Notes: a model not told the origin generated them from the sequence alone. Shown: positions 1-12,594, numbered from the whole stretch's first letter. The stretch: 63,369 bases of DNA, filler included, from Sphacelaria rigidula (GCA_964200075.2; 10 parts of 10 records of this genome joined end to end with filler, not necessarily neighbours in it); one strand, 5' to 3'. A program made the numbers and translations.

Positions 1-364
1 CCCCCCCCCCCCCCCCCCCCCACCACCACCAAACGAAAGATACTAGATCCCCCCCCCCCCCCCCCCCCGAAAAAAACAACCTTGCGAAGCGGCCTGAAGG
101 TTCCAAAAACTCCGCAAATCCTACGACGGAGAGGATTGCCGAGAAATCTTCCTGCAGTGTAAAATTCAAATCTGCGGAGTCATGCCCAACTGTCGATACA
201 TGGTCTCAGCTACACTGAAAAATAATACGGACGCTTCTCATGTCTCCCCAAGTACTGTACATGCCCCTCATTTCGGTATCGCGGGTTGAGTCGGATCATG
301 ACTCCTCCGCTGAACCCGCACCGCGTCAACTCTCGCCAAACCTTAGTCGCTACTCACGTCCTCA

Positions 365-1120
365 CTTTCAAGGCTCAGACGAAAAATGACTTGTCTGAAA
401 ATCACTTGCTTCTAGTGTGGTTGATTCGTATCGTAGGAATTAATCCTTGGGCGCTTTGTTTTCAGCACTGCACCCAGGTACGTGGGATAGCGCAAAAGTT
501 GGGTAGAGACATGTTTGACCCCGCCGTCGACTTCGTTTCTCTTTTTCGAGCACTGCGTCGTAGATCGTAGCTTTGGTGATCTGAACCAGCCAAGATTCCT
601 CCGACCCTTGCTCATTTTTGCATCAAGGGTAGTCAGTAAACCAGATCACGACAAAAAAAAAAAAAGATGAAAATCGACGTAACGAACGAAATGCTTCGAG
701 GGTGTGTTGGGCAGGGTGAACACCCGGGTATTGACCCTGTCGGATTTTGTGTTGCGACGGTCCGATCTCCGAAAGCTACCGAAACGTTGGATAAAGTTAG
801 GTACGATCGCAACACTCTGCCCAATATCCCGGTTATTGTCGAACACGACCTCAATATCAATACTCCACGATTAGGACAAATCATCACGACCCAAAACCAC
901 CGAGTTCACGATTTCTTCGGCCTGATTGCCCAAAAAGGAGAAAAAATCTCTGGTCCAAGGGGTATCCACGCAACTTTTGCGCCATTCCACGTGTCTGGGC
1001 TGCGTGTACCTGGGTTGCAACGCTGAAATAAAGCCTGAGGNNNNNNNNNNCGTCACGAGTCGACTCATCATACTAAAACCAAGTAATTCTCAGACGAATC
1101 ATTATTTGTCCGACCCTTGC
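365..1120. repeat. Dispersed repeat present as two diverged inverted copies (about 365-520 and 880-1120); another copy at about 55780-56005
   Basis: gcgccattccacgtg.ctgggctgcg.gtacctgg.ttgcaacgctgaaa is shared by 978-1030 and 55860-55910; its reverse-complement relative tttcagcactgcacccaggtacg is at about 460-482. Confidence 0.6.
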
Positions 1121-1809
1121 AATACTGTACCCAAGCGTTGGGTAGTTCGAGTTCGATTTTTTCAAATACTCAAATTTAGGGAATATCCTGCCCAAAACGC
1201 CCTTGAAATACTCACCAATATTAAGGACCGCGTCCACTTGTCCAAATCGTCGGTGTTCTTGATCAGCAGAGGTATACCGGCCAGGGCGGCCACAGCGGCG
1301 TACCCCAGAGTACCCGGAATTGTCAGTGGAACGCCCTGAAAGTAAGGGACGATACACACGGTGCGGATAACTAGAACACGAATGCATTGTCATCATGTTG
1401 ATTTTTTTTTTCTTTGTTGAAAAATCGCGCTGTTGTTTGCACAACATTTTCAATGCATAAGTGAAACAACCCGAAAATACAAGACAGAACGGCTATTATG
1501 TTGGAAGGGAAAAAAAAAGTAATAGTCTACGCACATGCAAAAAAACACACGTTTGTTGTATGCAACGCTTTCAATGCAATTCACAAAAAATTACAAACGT
1601 ACTCAGCAAAAGCTCTTCTTCACTTGATAAAAAGTGTTGGACTTTTTTTTGTTCATTCATTGGTTTCCTAGATCTTATTCATAAGTCGAACATCAGCCGA
1701 TCCTCTTGAAAATTTCGCCTTTGATCACAAAGCGGATGTGCGCACCCCAAAGCGAATAAAAAAAAAACATCTGGAATGAATTGGACCGATGTGCACACAA
1801 ACTACTGTT

Positions 1810-1953
1810 CGCACTCTGGACCACCGATCACACTGTCAAAAAGTGTACTGCATACAGTATCGATCATTGCGTCTGTTGCAACAAACAATAGATTCCATAC
1901 AGTACGCAGTACACTTTGTGACAGTGTAATATGTTGTCATCATCCAGAGTGTG
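1810..1953. mobile_element. About 140-bp MITE, CACACCCTGGA-type TIR family
   Basis: Ends cgcactctgga ... tccagagtgtg; internally palindromic (aaagtgtactgc ... gcagtacacttt); homologous to 21798-21935. Confidence 0.75.
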
Positions 1954-2229
1954 CCAAGGTTGTAGTCGAAAACACGAGAAGGGTACAGCTCACTTGTGCA
2001 GCATTCCCTACGCGCAACCTTACCATAGGTATGATTCTTCGGGCCAGCCGAGCAAATATCTTTCAGTCACTTTAGCAGTTACAGGCATCTTTTGCAGTAG
2101 AGTTTACCACTTAGTAGTTACTTGATTGTAATGCGGACAAAAAACCCCAAACCCGGATCTTTAATGGGGGGTGCTGTGCTCCGAGCGTGCACAGAACGGG
2201 TTTTTGCCTAAATCGGCGCCTGGGGCGCC

Positions 2230-2400
2230 GATTTGAGATCGGGCAACGCACACTTTTCCTACGAAACACTTTGAACCCCCCTTGCCCGAGGGTTCTCGGT
2301 ATGCCTTCGTTGGAGTCAGGGTTAAGGTTAGGGTTAGGGTTAGGGTCAGTGTTAGTGTTAGTGTTGGTGTTAGCGTTAGCGTTAGCGTTAGCGTTATTCA
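2230..2400 (+). repeat. Dispersed repeat ending in a telomere-like (TTAGGG)/(TTAGTG)/(TTAGCG) tract
   Basis: Hexamer tract at about 2319-2396; the upstream ttgcccgagggttctcggtatgcctt motif recurs at about 5170-5230 (+) and 41125-41180 (-). Confidence 0.7.
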
Positions 2401-2844
2401 AAATCATAAATTTCCGAGAAATTTCCCACCCCTACCTAGTGGTAAACTGACCTCCTATTTTGACTTCAAACAAACAGCGCAAGAGACTACGTTGTTCCAC
2501 CCTCTAAAACAGCCCGCCAAGCGTGGGCGTGTACCAAACCTCATGGCCACACCATCCTGCCATCTCCATACCAACCCCTGCCATGCCTCTTTTTCACCCA
2601 TCATGCTCTCGAACCCCTCGCCTCAACCGGGATGACTCAGGACAAGTTCGAGGTCTCAAGGTATCACCAGCGCATCCGTCTCTGGACTGGTGTGGTACAC
2701 GCCTACCATTGTGGGACCACGAAATGGCTAATGACTATCAGTACTTACTCCCGCACCGCTTCGACTTTGGTCACATATACTTTCCCACGTCATCGCATTT
2801 TATCAGCAATGGGAATCAAGTACTTCCCCAGAAATATATATATG

Positions 2845-2875
<31 letters not shown>

Positions 2876-3481
2876 CTGCCGGGATTCAATTTGTCAAATG
2901 TTCACTCTTCCATCCCATTAGAATAGGGTTCGCTTCAATTGTACCCGATACATCGATTGATCGGTTGTTTAATGTCGCACATCACGTTCAGTACATGCGA
3001 GAAGCTTGCAGAAATATCAGTACCGCTGTAGCTTCTCTTGCCCCCCCCCCCCCCCCATTTCCCCCACTCGTTTTCCCGCCTCCTCAGAAGGAAGCCATAG
3101 GCTGAACGAACCAACCAGTCACTACTCCAGATTCGTGCTGGTCGACTTTTTCAGGAAACAGAAGAAACGGTTTGCTAGTCTTACAAGCCACTTCTTCCGA
3201 AGCAGTTAGTCATATAGTCCTGTTACCAGGAGGAACGCTCGCCGGCAAATAGTTTTTTTTTCAAAGCGAAACCTTTTTCCCTGCCTTCGCTGCTTGATAT
3301 GATACGAAAACATTCCCCTGGAAAACTTTGTAGGGATCACAGCTTGGAGCTGACAGGGCGCCTCATCGTTCTGAGGTCCTTTTCTGTTGATGGATAATGA
3401 CTTAATTCCACCACCTTCCTACCGCCATAAACACACACACAAACATGGGCAAAACAAACGTCGCAAAAAAAATGTACGAGT

Positions 3482-3512
<31 letters not shown>

Positions 3513-3802
3513 ACCCCCCCCCCCCCACACACCCCCCCACCCCCCCCCCCCCCCCTNNNNNNNNNCACACACAACACCTCAAAAACAACCCCCAAAAAAA
3601 AAAACCCCCGCGCCCCCCCCCCCCCCCCCCATTAGCACACGTACCACGCAACACACCATCAACTTCTTCAGGTCTTCTACGCCCCCCCTCCCCACCTCTA
3701 CGCCCATGATGCTAAGAAATATGAACCTATACCAAAATCAGTACAAGAGGCATCTTGCTCAAAAACATATTACGCTCATGAAAAGCAAGACTTTCTCCTC
3801 AC

Positions 3803-3984
3803 CAGAACGTTCGAGTAGGGTCCGGAGAGAACGTCGGCGCAGCCTCCGCTGACCCCGCATAGCAGGTCCAAACCGCCGGGCTTCATTTTCTGGTACGTCA
3901 AGAAGGCGGACTCTAGCGCCCCTGCGCTCGCCATGATCCCGATCGCGATGCGGTTCGAGCTCGGCCACCGCACGTACTCAGATT
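3803..3984 (-). CDS. Exon of a vitamin K epoxide reductase (VKOR) family protein, LTO1-like thiol-disulfide oxidoreductase (partial gene)
   Basis: Translates ...NRIAIGIMASAGALESAFLTYQKMKPGGLDLLCGVSGGCADVLSGPYSNVL: TM1 followed by the C-x(5-7)-C-xxVLxSxY loop typical of VKOR (serine here replaced by G). GT donor at 3802-3801; putative tgcag acceptor before 3984. Confidence 0.85.
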
Positions 3985-5897
3985 CTGCATTTTTCGTTCG
4001 GGCAGGGGGAGATGATTCTGCCGCGGTCAGCAGTCGAATGATTGATGGATTCATCATTTGATTCGCTAGCGGAATATTGACCGGTTCGCCATGGGTCACA
4101 AGATGGATGTTTATGAGGAAAACACAGCAGCCGGGGACACTCGCTCAAGGAAAGCCGAGAAATTTAGCAAGATGTAAAAAAATAGTTGATTCTAAAACGC
4201 TGGTCGATGGGCCAAAAATTCAGCTTCCGTCACACGATTTGAAAGAAGAAAAAAAAAACGACCAGACGAGTGAAGGACAGTGCGGTTTGTGAGTTCCTCG
4301 GATACGTGGAAAATGACGTTACGGTACTTGGTGCAACTGCGGCGTCCGCGTTCATGTTCAGGGACGTGGAGAAGAGCTTTACGATGGTCGGCACAGTGCT
4401 GGACAGCAGAAGAGGAAAACATTCTGGTTTCTGCGTTCACCTTCGGATACTTGGACAAGGATATTTACGGTGGCGGGTACATTTGCTGCAAGGCAGGACT
4501 GGGGAGAAGTCTGGTTCCCGCGTTCTCATTCGGACACGTGGAGTTTTGCTTCACTGTGGTCGGTAAAGTGCTACATAACAGAGGAGGCGAGCACATGGCA
4601 CAGTTTTACAAAGTAAGGATGTATTTGACTCAAAAGGGGGTTAGGTTAGATTAGGGTACCGTTTCCTCCCATGGTGCCGCGGATTTCCAGAATGTCTGGG
4701 TTACGGAATATCGCAGACTACCCGGGATGCCGACGGCCGAACAGACCCCGGAAAACCAGTAGTAGCTGAATTACTGAGCCGCGCCGGAGCTCCATATTCT
4801 ACGCTAAGCCAACCAACATCTGAAATCGAATTCCGTGGCATATATCGCGTATGCCCGTTGGTCGTGCCCTTCGCCCGTGGATGCTGCTGGTCCATTTACC
4901 AGGAGGACTACGGCTCGCGTAGCTACGATTCGACCCCACGGATTGAAGCACGCGGCATCTCGACTATTTCTCGTGAGAATAAAGATTCATCTTAGTTCGG
5001 CAATTGCTGAAATTTTACTTGGTTCTAGTGTAGACCATCATAGTCGGATCTTTTTACAGGGCTTACAATCTCGAGCACTCGCCCGGCGGTGTGCGCAACA
5101 CAAGTTCTGGTCCTCAGTCGCCGACTTGGGCCACAACAAAAGCAGACTTTGCGTAGGGCATTCCTGCCTCCGTTGACCGAGCGTTCTCGGCCTGCCTTTG
5201 TTTGGATCCAGGCTAGGGTTAGCGATAGGGTTCGAAGTGTGCGTGAAACATCGCTTATTTTCGCCAAACTAGGGTAAACCTGCCGCTCCCGTTATCTGCG
5301 GCAAACATGTCGTTCGTAAGAAGGAAGTGCCGAGTTAGTTCCACAATGACTGCGGCACTGATTTGGTTCTTCTCTGGACTAATGAGTACTTTTGAGCTCT
5401 GGAGCATTCCAGTTCCTACTCCGAGGCACTCTTGCCCCTCGCAAGCACTACTACACTTGTTCTAGAGTTTGTTGAAAGAAAACTATCCATTCAATCGCAC
5501 GATCGGCGCTGACTGTGTGGTGTTATCGGGCAGCCTTTTCTAGTAAACGTGCTCCGCCGAAACATATGTGCCTTGACGATATTTCGCCAATATATTTCGA
5601 GGCACGCGATCTTTCGGCAGCACAGGACTTCGTCTACAGAGAATATCTTGTTTTTTTTTGTCCCGTGTGATACGATACTCCGTTACCGTGTGCCGCCGTG
5701 CCGAGCTGGTCCACGTGACATATCTTGAAGACGGACTGGGCGCTTCCGATCCCAGCACATACGACTTTTGCCCGAGCAGTATCTGATTTCCGCCGTTGGA
5801 AACGTGAGACGTGGGCAGAATAGAAGATCCGACGAAGGTCGACGGGGTGCGAGAATGCTGATCCAACCCGCAATATCACAGTACCAGGTATTGACCT

Positions 5898-6085
5898 GGG
5901 GGTGTACTCATGATCTTACATGCCGTAATCATAAGAACATTGACCTTGCGTCCCTACAAAACCGGGACGGAGCGCGCCGGGTGTTTGCCGGACCAGGCTC
6001 GCAACCAAATCAGCAAGCGCCAAGCGCCGTGGGGTGTTCGGCGAGTCGCATCAAGGTTGAGCTGTATCCTGCTAAGATTGTTCGT
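5898..6085 (+). mobile_element. LTR fragment, family A (same sequence as the 3' LTR start of the gypsy element at 37940)
   Basis: ggggg-tgtactcatgatcttacatgccgtaatcataagaacattgacc...gggacggagc; other copies at 30490-30670(-), 31572-31635, 37933-37982, 44430-44482(-), 54706-54749(-), 55096-55300. Confidence 0.75.
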
Positions 6086-6247
6086 TTAGGTCAGGCATTT
6101 ACCTGCCTGGGGAGATATCCGTCGGTTTCTTTCGACTACGGACGCATCACGGCGGAAGAGAGAGGGTGCATCTACGTAAAAAAAAAAAACCGCCCAAAGA
6201 CGGGAGCAAAGGGACCTCCGCGATCGGTGCGGGGGCGCGTTGTGTAG

Positions 6248-6347
6248 NNNNNNNNNNNNNNNNNNNNNNNNNNNNNNNNNNNNNNNNNNNNTTAATTAAT
6301 TAANNNNNNNNNNNNNNNNNNNNNNNNNNNNNNNNNNNNNNNNNNNN
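6248..6347. other. Artificial contig linker (N44-TTAATTAATTAA-N44); identical copies at 12595-12694, 18942-19041, 25289-25388, 31636-31735, 37983-38082, 44330-44429, 50677-50776, 57024-57123
   Basis: Nine 100-bp blocks spaced exactly 6347 bp apart; TTAATTAATTAA gives stops in all six frames; the intervening pieces are all 6246-6247 bp, as expected for size-sorted contigs. Confidence 0.97.
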
Positions 6348-6472
6348 CATATTGGCGACATTGGCAAGAAGGAGCCCAAGCGTGGGAATTCCCAGCTTCT
6401 CGTTGTGCTCGGATTTTCCCATTTCGATTTATGTGAAGATTTTGCCTCCTAAAACCATGCACGTTTTTTTTT

Positions 6473-6530
6473 TGGGGGGGGGGGCGTACTCATTTGTTGC
6501 TTGCTTTAGTCGTTTGACCATTGACCACGT
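6473..6530 (+). mobile_element. Short LTR-start fragment, family B (diverged relative of family A)
   Basis: G-run plus cgtactcatttgttgcttgc.ttagtcgtttgaccattgacc; copies at 20188-20245(+), 49040-49473(-, long), 59176-59245(-). Confidence 0.65.
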
Positions 6531-6559
6531 TTGGGGGGGGGCTATCGTAGAAAGTGTCG

Positions 6560-9500
6560 TCTACTTCATATGATTCCGCATGGATTATTTGATGAATATC
6601 TGTGGACTACCGCTGTCTGACAACGAGACGTACTTGGCGCGCGCGGTGGCGTAAGGGTCGCAATGTAATGCTACGCGGGTAGTGAAAGTGGCAGGATCAA
6701 CGGACACCTTACCGCCAACGAGGTCAGGGCCACGTTCAGATAACGTGAATTGGTCAGGATTAGTCAGACTGGCCGTGAAGACGGATGGCGGGTGATCCGC
6801 GGGGGGTTCAAAGATATCGGTAGACAGCGCGGGGGCGTGATCCGATCGTGAAGGGCAGCGTGAATCAGGATTTTGATCAATCTCGTAGATGACTGGTTTG
6901 GAAGTGCAAAAATCATCATTGAAGATAGATTGCTGCGAAGTGACACGGAGTCATCAGTGGAGGAAGTGGTACCGTCTGAAAGGTCCGATTTGGATTCCAT
7001 TTGGATGCCTGGCAATGCCCTCGAGCTCAAAGTCGCCGCTTTTGGGGGAGACTGAGGTCGGAATTTTCCGCTGACGGGGGGGGGACGTGTCAATGCTCGC
7101 GCTTCCTTGGGGGTATGACGACGAGGCTTCCTCTCGTGCCGTGACAAATGGCTGGGAACTTCCAAGACTTCTTGGGAAACTGCAACTGCGTCCAGTTGAG
7201 GTGATGTTGCCAGCATCGGGGCATGCTCGGCCGAAACTTGTGGACTGACCGCTGGCAAGCTCGGTACAACGGGCATTACTAAATGTGAAAGGGGACGAGT
7301 GTTGTCCGCGGTATGCCGGGGTAGTTTCGCGGCAGAAGAGTGGCGCGAAAAGCGACTGCTATCAGGCTGGGTAGGGGTCGAAGGGTTTGAAGTTGTCAGT
7401 TTCATACCACCAACACCAGAACCTGTCGAAGGAAGTCGGCTACAACCGGAGCGTGCGGTCGTTGAGGGAAGCCTGTGCCTCAAGGGTCCGCGGTCGGTTT
7501 TCCCACACCTCAGATTTATACTTAGTTCCAGAGGACCAAGTCTGGAGCCAAGCATAGAGCCGGGTGGTGGGTCAACACAACGGTTACGCTGTGTATATGA
7601 AGATAAAGACGGGGGTCGAGAAGAACGGCTGTCATTAGATCTCCTACATAGTATTGAAGAGTTTGGGTGAGAACGGTTTGTCACCCGAGCGGCGGTATGT
7701 GTTGGATGAGTCTTCGATTCTGCTATCGGCGGCGCCAAAGACTTCACGCCGTCGTCGGCGTGTCATGGATCGTTACGATCCGTCTTAACAGAACCAGGGT
7801 TTCTGGCATCGAGCTTTGAGTTGTCGTGACCCGGCCCCGTTCGCTGGTGATAACCATGCGAAGACTGAGAGGGGCGGAAAGAACTATCTCTATGGCGAGT
7901 ACCTCAGATGGTGTTAGTGGTGTGGCGACGGTCGCGATTCGAGCAAGAGTCGCTATGATTGTGGTAAGGCTGGCGATGGTGGCGAGATGGTGGACGATAC
8001 TCGCGCATGCGTTTTTGCCATCGGCGCCACGTCGGCCCGTTGCTCTGAAGTTCAGGGTTCATGAGCGAAGAAGTATTAATGCAAGGTTCAGGGCAGTCAC
8101 GCATACTGTGGCCAGTACCATTGCAGTTGATGCATGTGTTAGCATGGCGACGAAAAGCATCCTTGCGAGCAGAAGGCGAAATCAAGGGGGGCCACAAATG
8201 TGGGTCATCCGTGATGAAAGCAGTTGTGAAAACGACATAAACGTCATCAAAAGTGTCTGCCGAATAAGGCCAACCGTCGAAGCTTGCTCGGAACGGGTCT
8301 TTTTAGCTATTAACAGACATGACCGACCCACCGACAGAGTTGGGTGTCTAAGTGTTACTGGACAAAGTGTAAGTTCGTCCACGAGACCCGGAGGTACTCG
8401 TGGATGAGGCACGCAAGGTCTGCGAAGACCCAGAAGAACACTGTGTGCCACGAATGGCAGGCGTTAAATCATGTTCTTGATCTACAAACGCAGCCCACAT
8501 CGCGTCTACGGAGGCGTAAGGCACCTCTTTGTGCGACAAAGCGCCCGGAAACAGAGGTGGCATCAACGTCGGAAATTGCTGAGTGATACTGTTGCGAACA
8601 TACGTCTGACACATAGCATCACTAGGGCTATTCTGTCGGCCAGTACCAGTTACACTAGACACCAACAGCTTGAAGTGGCGTAGGTAGTCAGCAAAGGGCA
8701 CGTCTGTTGCCACGGCGAAGGAACTGAGACGCTTGATGGCGTCTGCCTGATCGGACTAATCAAAATAACTTATGACGCGGCTTTCCAAATTGCCGAATAG
8801 TAGCAGCGCTGTTTGCCCGCCGGCACAATCTTGATCCATTGCTTGGAAGAAGGAGTCGAGAATCTGCGTCAAGGAGGCAGCGACGTCACGGGAGCGACGG
8901 CTGATTGAGCGATGCAAAGCCTTACGTAACGGGGTTTGCCATCCATCAATCCAGTCAGAGTCTTCGAAACGTTGTTGTCCAGTTGTGTCGGCCAACTCAA
9001 GGATCTTGCGCATATTTCGACGCATTGAGGAAATGAGAGCGGGTGTAAACTGACCAGAGTCCTCATTGTCTACAGCAGGCATGATTTTGATATGACAGAG
9101 TTTCTTGACATCTATCTGTAAGTACTCACGCTTGATTGCAGCGACACAAGACGCTTCTCTACGAGTATCGGAAGCGGGTTTATCTGCGGCAGCATGTTGT
9201 TTGGCTGCGGCGGCGGCAGCTAGTGACTAAGCCGAGGTAGAAGACAATGGGCGAGCCGAATTGTCACTATCACTATCAGTAAGACCTAGAAGGCGAGCAG
9301 ACGCATCTGCTAAGGGAGGCGTTACTTGCCTGACGGCCGATGAGGGCCGTGCGGATCACGTTGAGGCGTACTGACGGTGTCTGGTTGTAGACGAGCTTGA
9401 AGACTGGTTGCCAGAGCGTTTATGGCTGCCCCGGGTTGTACGGCGACCGTTGTTGTGCTTACGGTTGGTGCCCTGGCCGCGGCGTGGTTTGGCGCTGGGA

Positions 9501-12490
9501 TAGTCGTCGTCGAAGTCGTCGTCATCACCACGGCGATGAGAGGAGTGGGGTATGATTCAGGCATCATCATCGTCGGATGATAGCGTGTTATGGGCGGCAC
9601 GCATAGCTGTGAAAAGGGCAGCGACGACGGTCTCGTAGGCGGAACGATTGTCCCCGGTACCGATCGTTAGGTACAGTAAGAGTCGTTCGATGGTGAGAGC
9701 GCCCGGGTCGTTGTTAGGCAGTAGTCCCCCTTGCTGAAGGAAGGGGACGATCACACTGTTGATGGGCAGTGTGAGCGAGCGCCAAGCCTGCTCAGAGGCG
9801 CGGAGAACGTTGTTGCGGTGGTACTTGCCTGAAAGTTGGCGGAGCGTCCACGAAAGGCAAGAACGTTCGCTGCCCTGAAGGCGGAGCCAAGGGGTGAGGG
9901 CAGGGGGCGCCGAGGCCTGAGGGACCTGCGGTGGTGCTAGCGGGGTGCGCGCAGGCGAGGCTGTAGGAGCGGCAGCAGCAGCGTATGGGCGCGAGGGCTG
10001 GCGGGTCTTCGCTGAGCCTGTATGTGCAGAGGTAAGCGCAGGCGCTGACGCGGTCGGCGTTGTCCTCAGAAGAGGAAGGTGTTGCTCCTGTTCCAAAGAG
10101 CGTAGAGCCGACGTGGCGGTGGCCGTGGCCGCAGTGTATTTGCGTAGACGGTGTTCATCGCGTCGAATGGTGTCGCGCATCTTTTCAAACGCAGCGAGAC
10201 GCTCATTCAAAGTCTCCTGGGCCGCCTGCTGGCGGCTGGTCGCCGAGTCGACGGCTCGACGTTGGCGCGTGAGACGCGCCGTAAGTCGTCGAAAAGGAGA
10301 TCATGATCAGCGGCCTCCGCCGATTGGCGGGGTGAGGGCGGCGCAGAGGGCGTGGCCGGTTGCATTGCCTGGTACTCAGCGAGTATTTGCTCTTGGTCTG
10401 AGCGGGGACCACGCGACCAGAGCCGGGGTAGGAGGCCCGGCGGGCAATTCTCGACGCCCAACAGGGGGCGATCGTCCGTGAGAGACCCTGGTGCAGGCGC
10501 CGGAGCCGAACCCGTGGCAGTAGCATCCTGCGGCAAAGTGGCCGATCCCGCATAGGTGTCCGTGACAGGGGTGTCATCCGTGGCCGCCGTGTCGGGAGCT
10601 GCAGTCGCTACCGCGCTGGGTGCGGGGGGCGTGACACGGATGCTCTCAGCATCCGTATCGATGTCCGCAGCCGCAGTAGTTGAAGTGGCTGCGATAGGAG
10701 CGGTGGTCGAAGGTGCCGGGTTGTTAGCCATGGTGGAAGCAGATCGCAGGTATCGACGAAGATCTGCAATTTGTCGTTCCACCGCACGCACAGTGGCAGT
10801 ATTAGGACGGGGCGGAATGGTACGGTTAGTGCTGCGTCCGTCGCGCAAAGGTGCGTGATTATTAGTCAACGAAGCATCAACGGGCAGTCGTGAACGCACA
10901 TGGGTCCGATCGACAGATTTAGGTCATGAGGATCCCGTGGTTGATGATAATCCGGATAACAGAGCACGTACGTCATGGACATGAGTAGTACTATCACTAT
11001 GATGAACAATGTCGTCACCATCCGAATCCCAATCAGAGGGAACATCTGAGATCGAACGTGCGTCATGTGAGTTTGTAGGTGCTGGGACAGAGGCCCGTTG
11101 GTTCGCACTACTGTTCAAGTGAACATGATCTGAAGACGCCGAGTGTTGAACGGCTGTGTGAAACGCGGCCGCAAGCGCTTGTGAGAGGGCAGTTGTCGCC
11201 GGATCATCAGGAATGACAGCTGGTGATGAACGGAGCGAGTGCTCAAGAGCCGTGACTAAAGGCAAGTGCCCAGTGGAAGGCTTTTCTGAGCGGCCAAGAC
11301 GCGAGGAGGATGTCCGGCGCGAGAGCTGGCGAACAGAAGTGTCCTCACGATGCATGTCGTGTCGTCGCGGGTGTGGTAAGGCATCGGAACCGTTGTGCGG
11401 CGTGCCGAAAACGTCAGAAGGCATGGACGAGTGCCGTTCGTCAACACCGCGAGCGCGGAGTGAGTCGATAACCGCGGCGGAAGCCTGGAGCGGTTCGCGT
11501 TTCACAACAGTGAAAACGCGTGGCGACTCATTAGGCATGTCGGAACTCCGACACGGTGTGCGCACAAGAGAGCGAGCCCGTAGCAACTAGTCGATCATGT
11601 TGGAACTCCGAGATGGTGTGCGTTTCACAACAGAGCAAGCGCGTAGCGACTCGTCGATCATGTTGGGAGTCTTGGACAGTGGGCGGTTCGCGACAGAGCG
11701 AGCGCGTAGCGACTCGTCGATCATGTCGGAAGTCTTGGACGGTGTCCGTTTTACAACAGAGCGAGCGCGTAGCGACTCGTCGATAATGTTGGAAGTCTTG
11801 GACAAATGGCAGTCGTGGTCACCAGTAGAAGCCAAGTCTTGAGACGTGTAGTCGCCAGAGTGGAGGGCCGAAGCTCTGTCGGATTTTACTTTTTCGTGTA
11901 CAGGAGAAGTAAGAATGAATGGTTTGGAGGAAGTGATGAAAAAAAACGCTGACGGCGTAAAGATTTGTAAGGAGGAAGGACCGAGTGGAGAAATATGTTC
12001 TTCGGTTGCGTCATATTGAATTGAAAATGTAGAAATGGACGATACACACCAGAGTACAAAAGGCTGGTGTGACAAAAACAGGTGGCGCAAGCTCGAAATG
12101 CAAGTACCAAAAAATTGAGCAGTAAAGACTACAATTTTTTTAAAGGTGGGTATACCGAAGTACAGTAAACTGCTGTGATAATAACAATCAGCATAATCCC
12201 GGCAATTTTTAAGTACCGAAAGGGCAGACAGTAGAGCAAAAGATGAAGAACTGAAGCTAAACGCCGAAAAGGGAGGAACTGCGGCAGAAATACGATACCT
12301 GCAGAGAAAACCGTGTATGGGGGACCGCAGGAGGGCGCACTGAAGGTGTACCACAGGTACTAATAGTCGCAAAGGAACAATCTTACAGACAAAACCAATA
12401 GTTGTCGCAAGAAAGGTGGGCGATGTGAGAGCAAAACCTAACAATGAGGCGACTAAGAAAGGAGGCAGACACCCGGACAAACGTCCGACG
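6560..12490 (-). mobile_element. Degenerate Ty3/gypsy-like LTR retrotransposon: gag and protease region, frameshifted and truncated
   Basis: Chain of minus-strand ORFs (11586-10924, 10899-10207, 10210-9557, 9082-8756, 8713-8348, 8197-7904); CCHC zinc knuckle CINCNGTGHSMRDC at 8134-8093; aspartic-protease-like YVSLSDSGSPQIFI with DSGS at 6617-6606. Confidence 0.8.
11440..11805 (-). repeat. 60-bp tandem repeat, about 6 units, encoding a 20-aa DESLRARSVVKRTPSKTSDMI-like repeat in the gag leader
   Basis: gcgtagcgactcgtcgatcatg recurs with a 60-bp period (about 11520, 11580, 11640, 11700, 11760). Confidence 0.9.
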
Positions 12491-12497
12491 GGCGCAC

Positions 12498-12594
12498 TGT
12501 TGTTGTTGTTGTTGTTGTTGTTGTTGTCTTCACATTAAATAGTCGTTCCGGTATCTGCGCAGTGCTGTACTGGGCATCTGACTCGGACGTCTTC
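12498..12594 (-). mobile_element. Retroposon (SINE/LINE) 3' end with (CAA)n tail
   Basis: Minus strand reads ...cagatgcccagtacagcactgcgcagataccggaacgactatttaatgtgaagac(aac)n; related copy at about 50915-50985 (+). Confidence 0.6.

Noticed and set aside
3337..3852. Poly-Pro and poly-Gly ORFs (also 54515-55136, 59191-59376)
   Set aside because: They are translations of C/G homopolymer tracts around 10-N gaps in low-quality sequence.
11440..11805. 60-bp periodic array as CRISPR
   Set aside because: Units are contiguous with no unique spacers, lie in frame within a retrotransposon ORF, and no cas genes are present.
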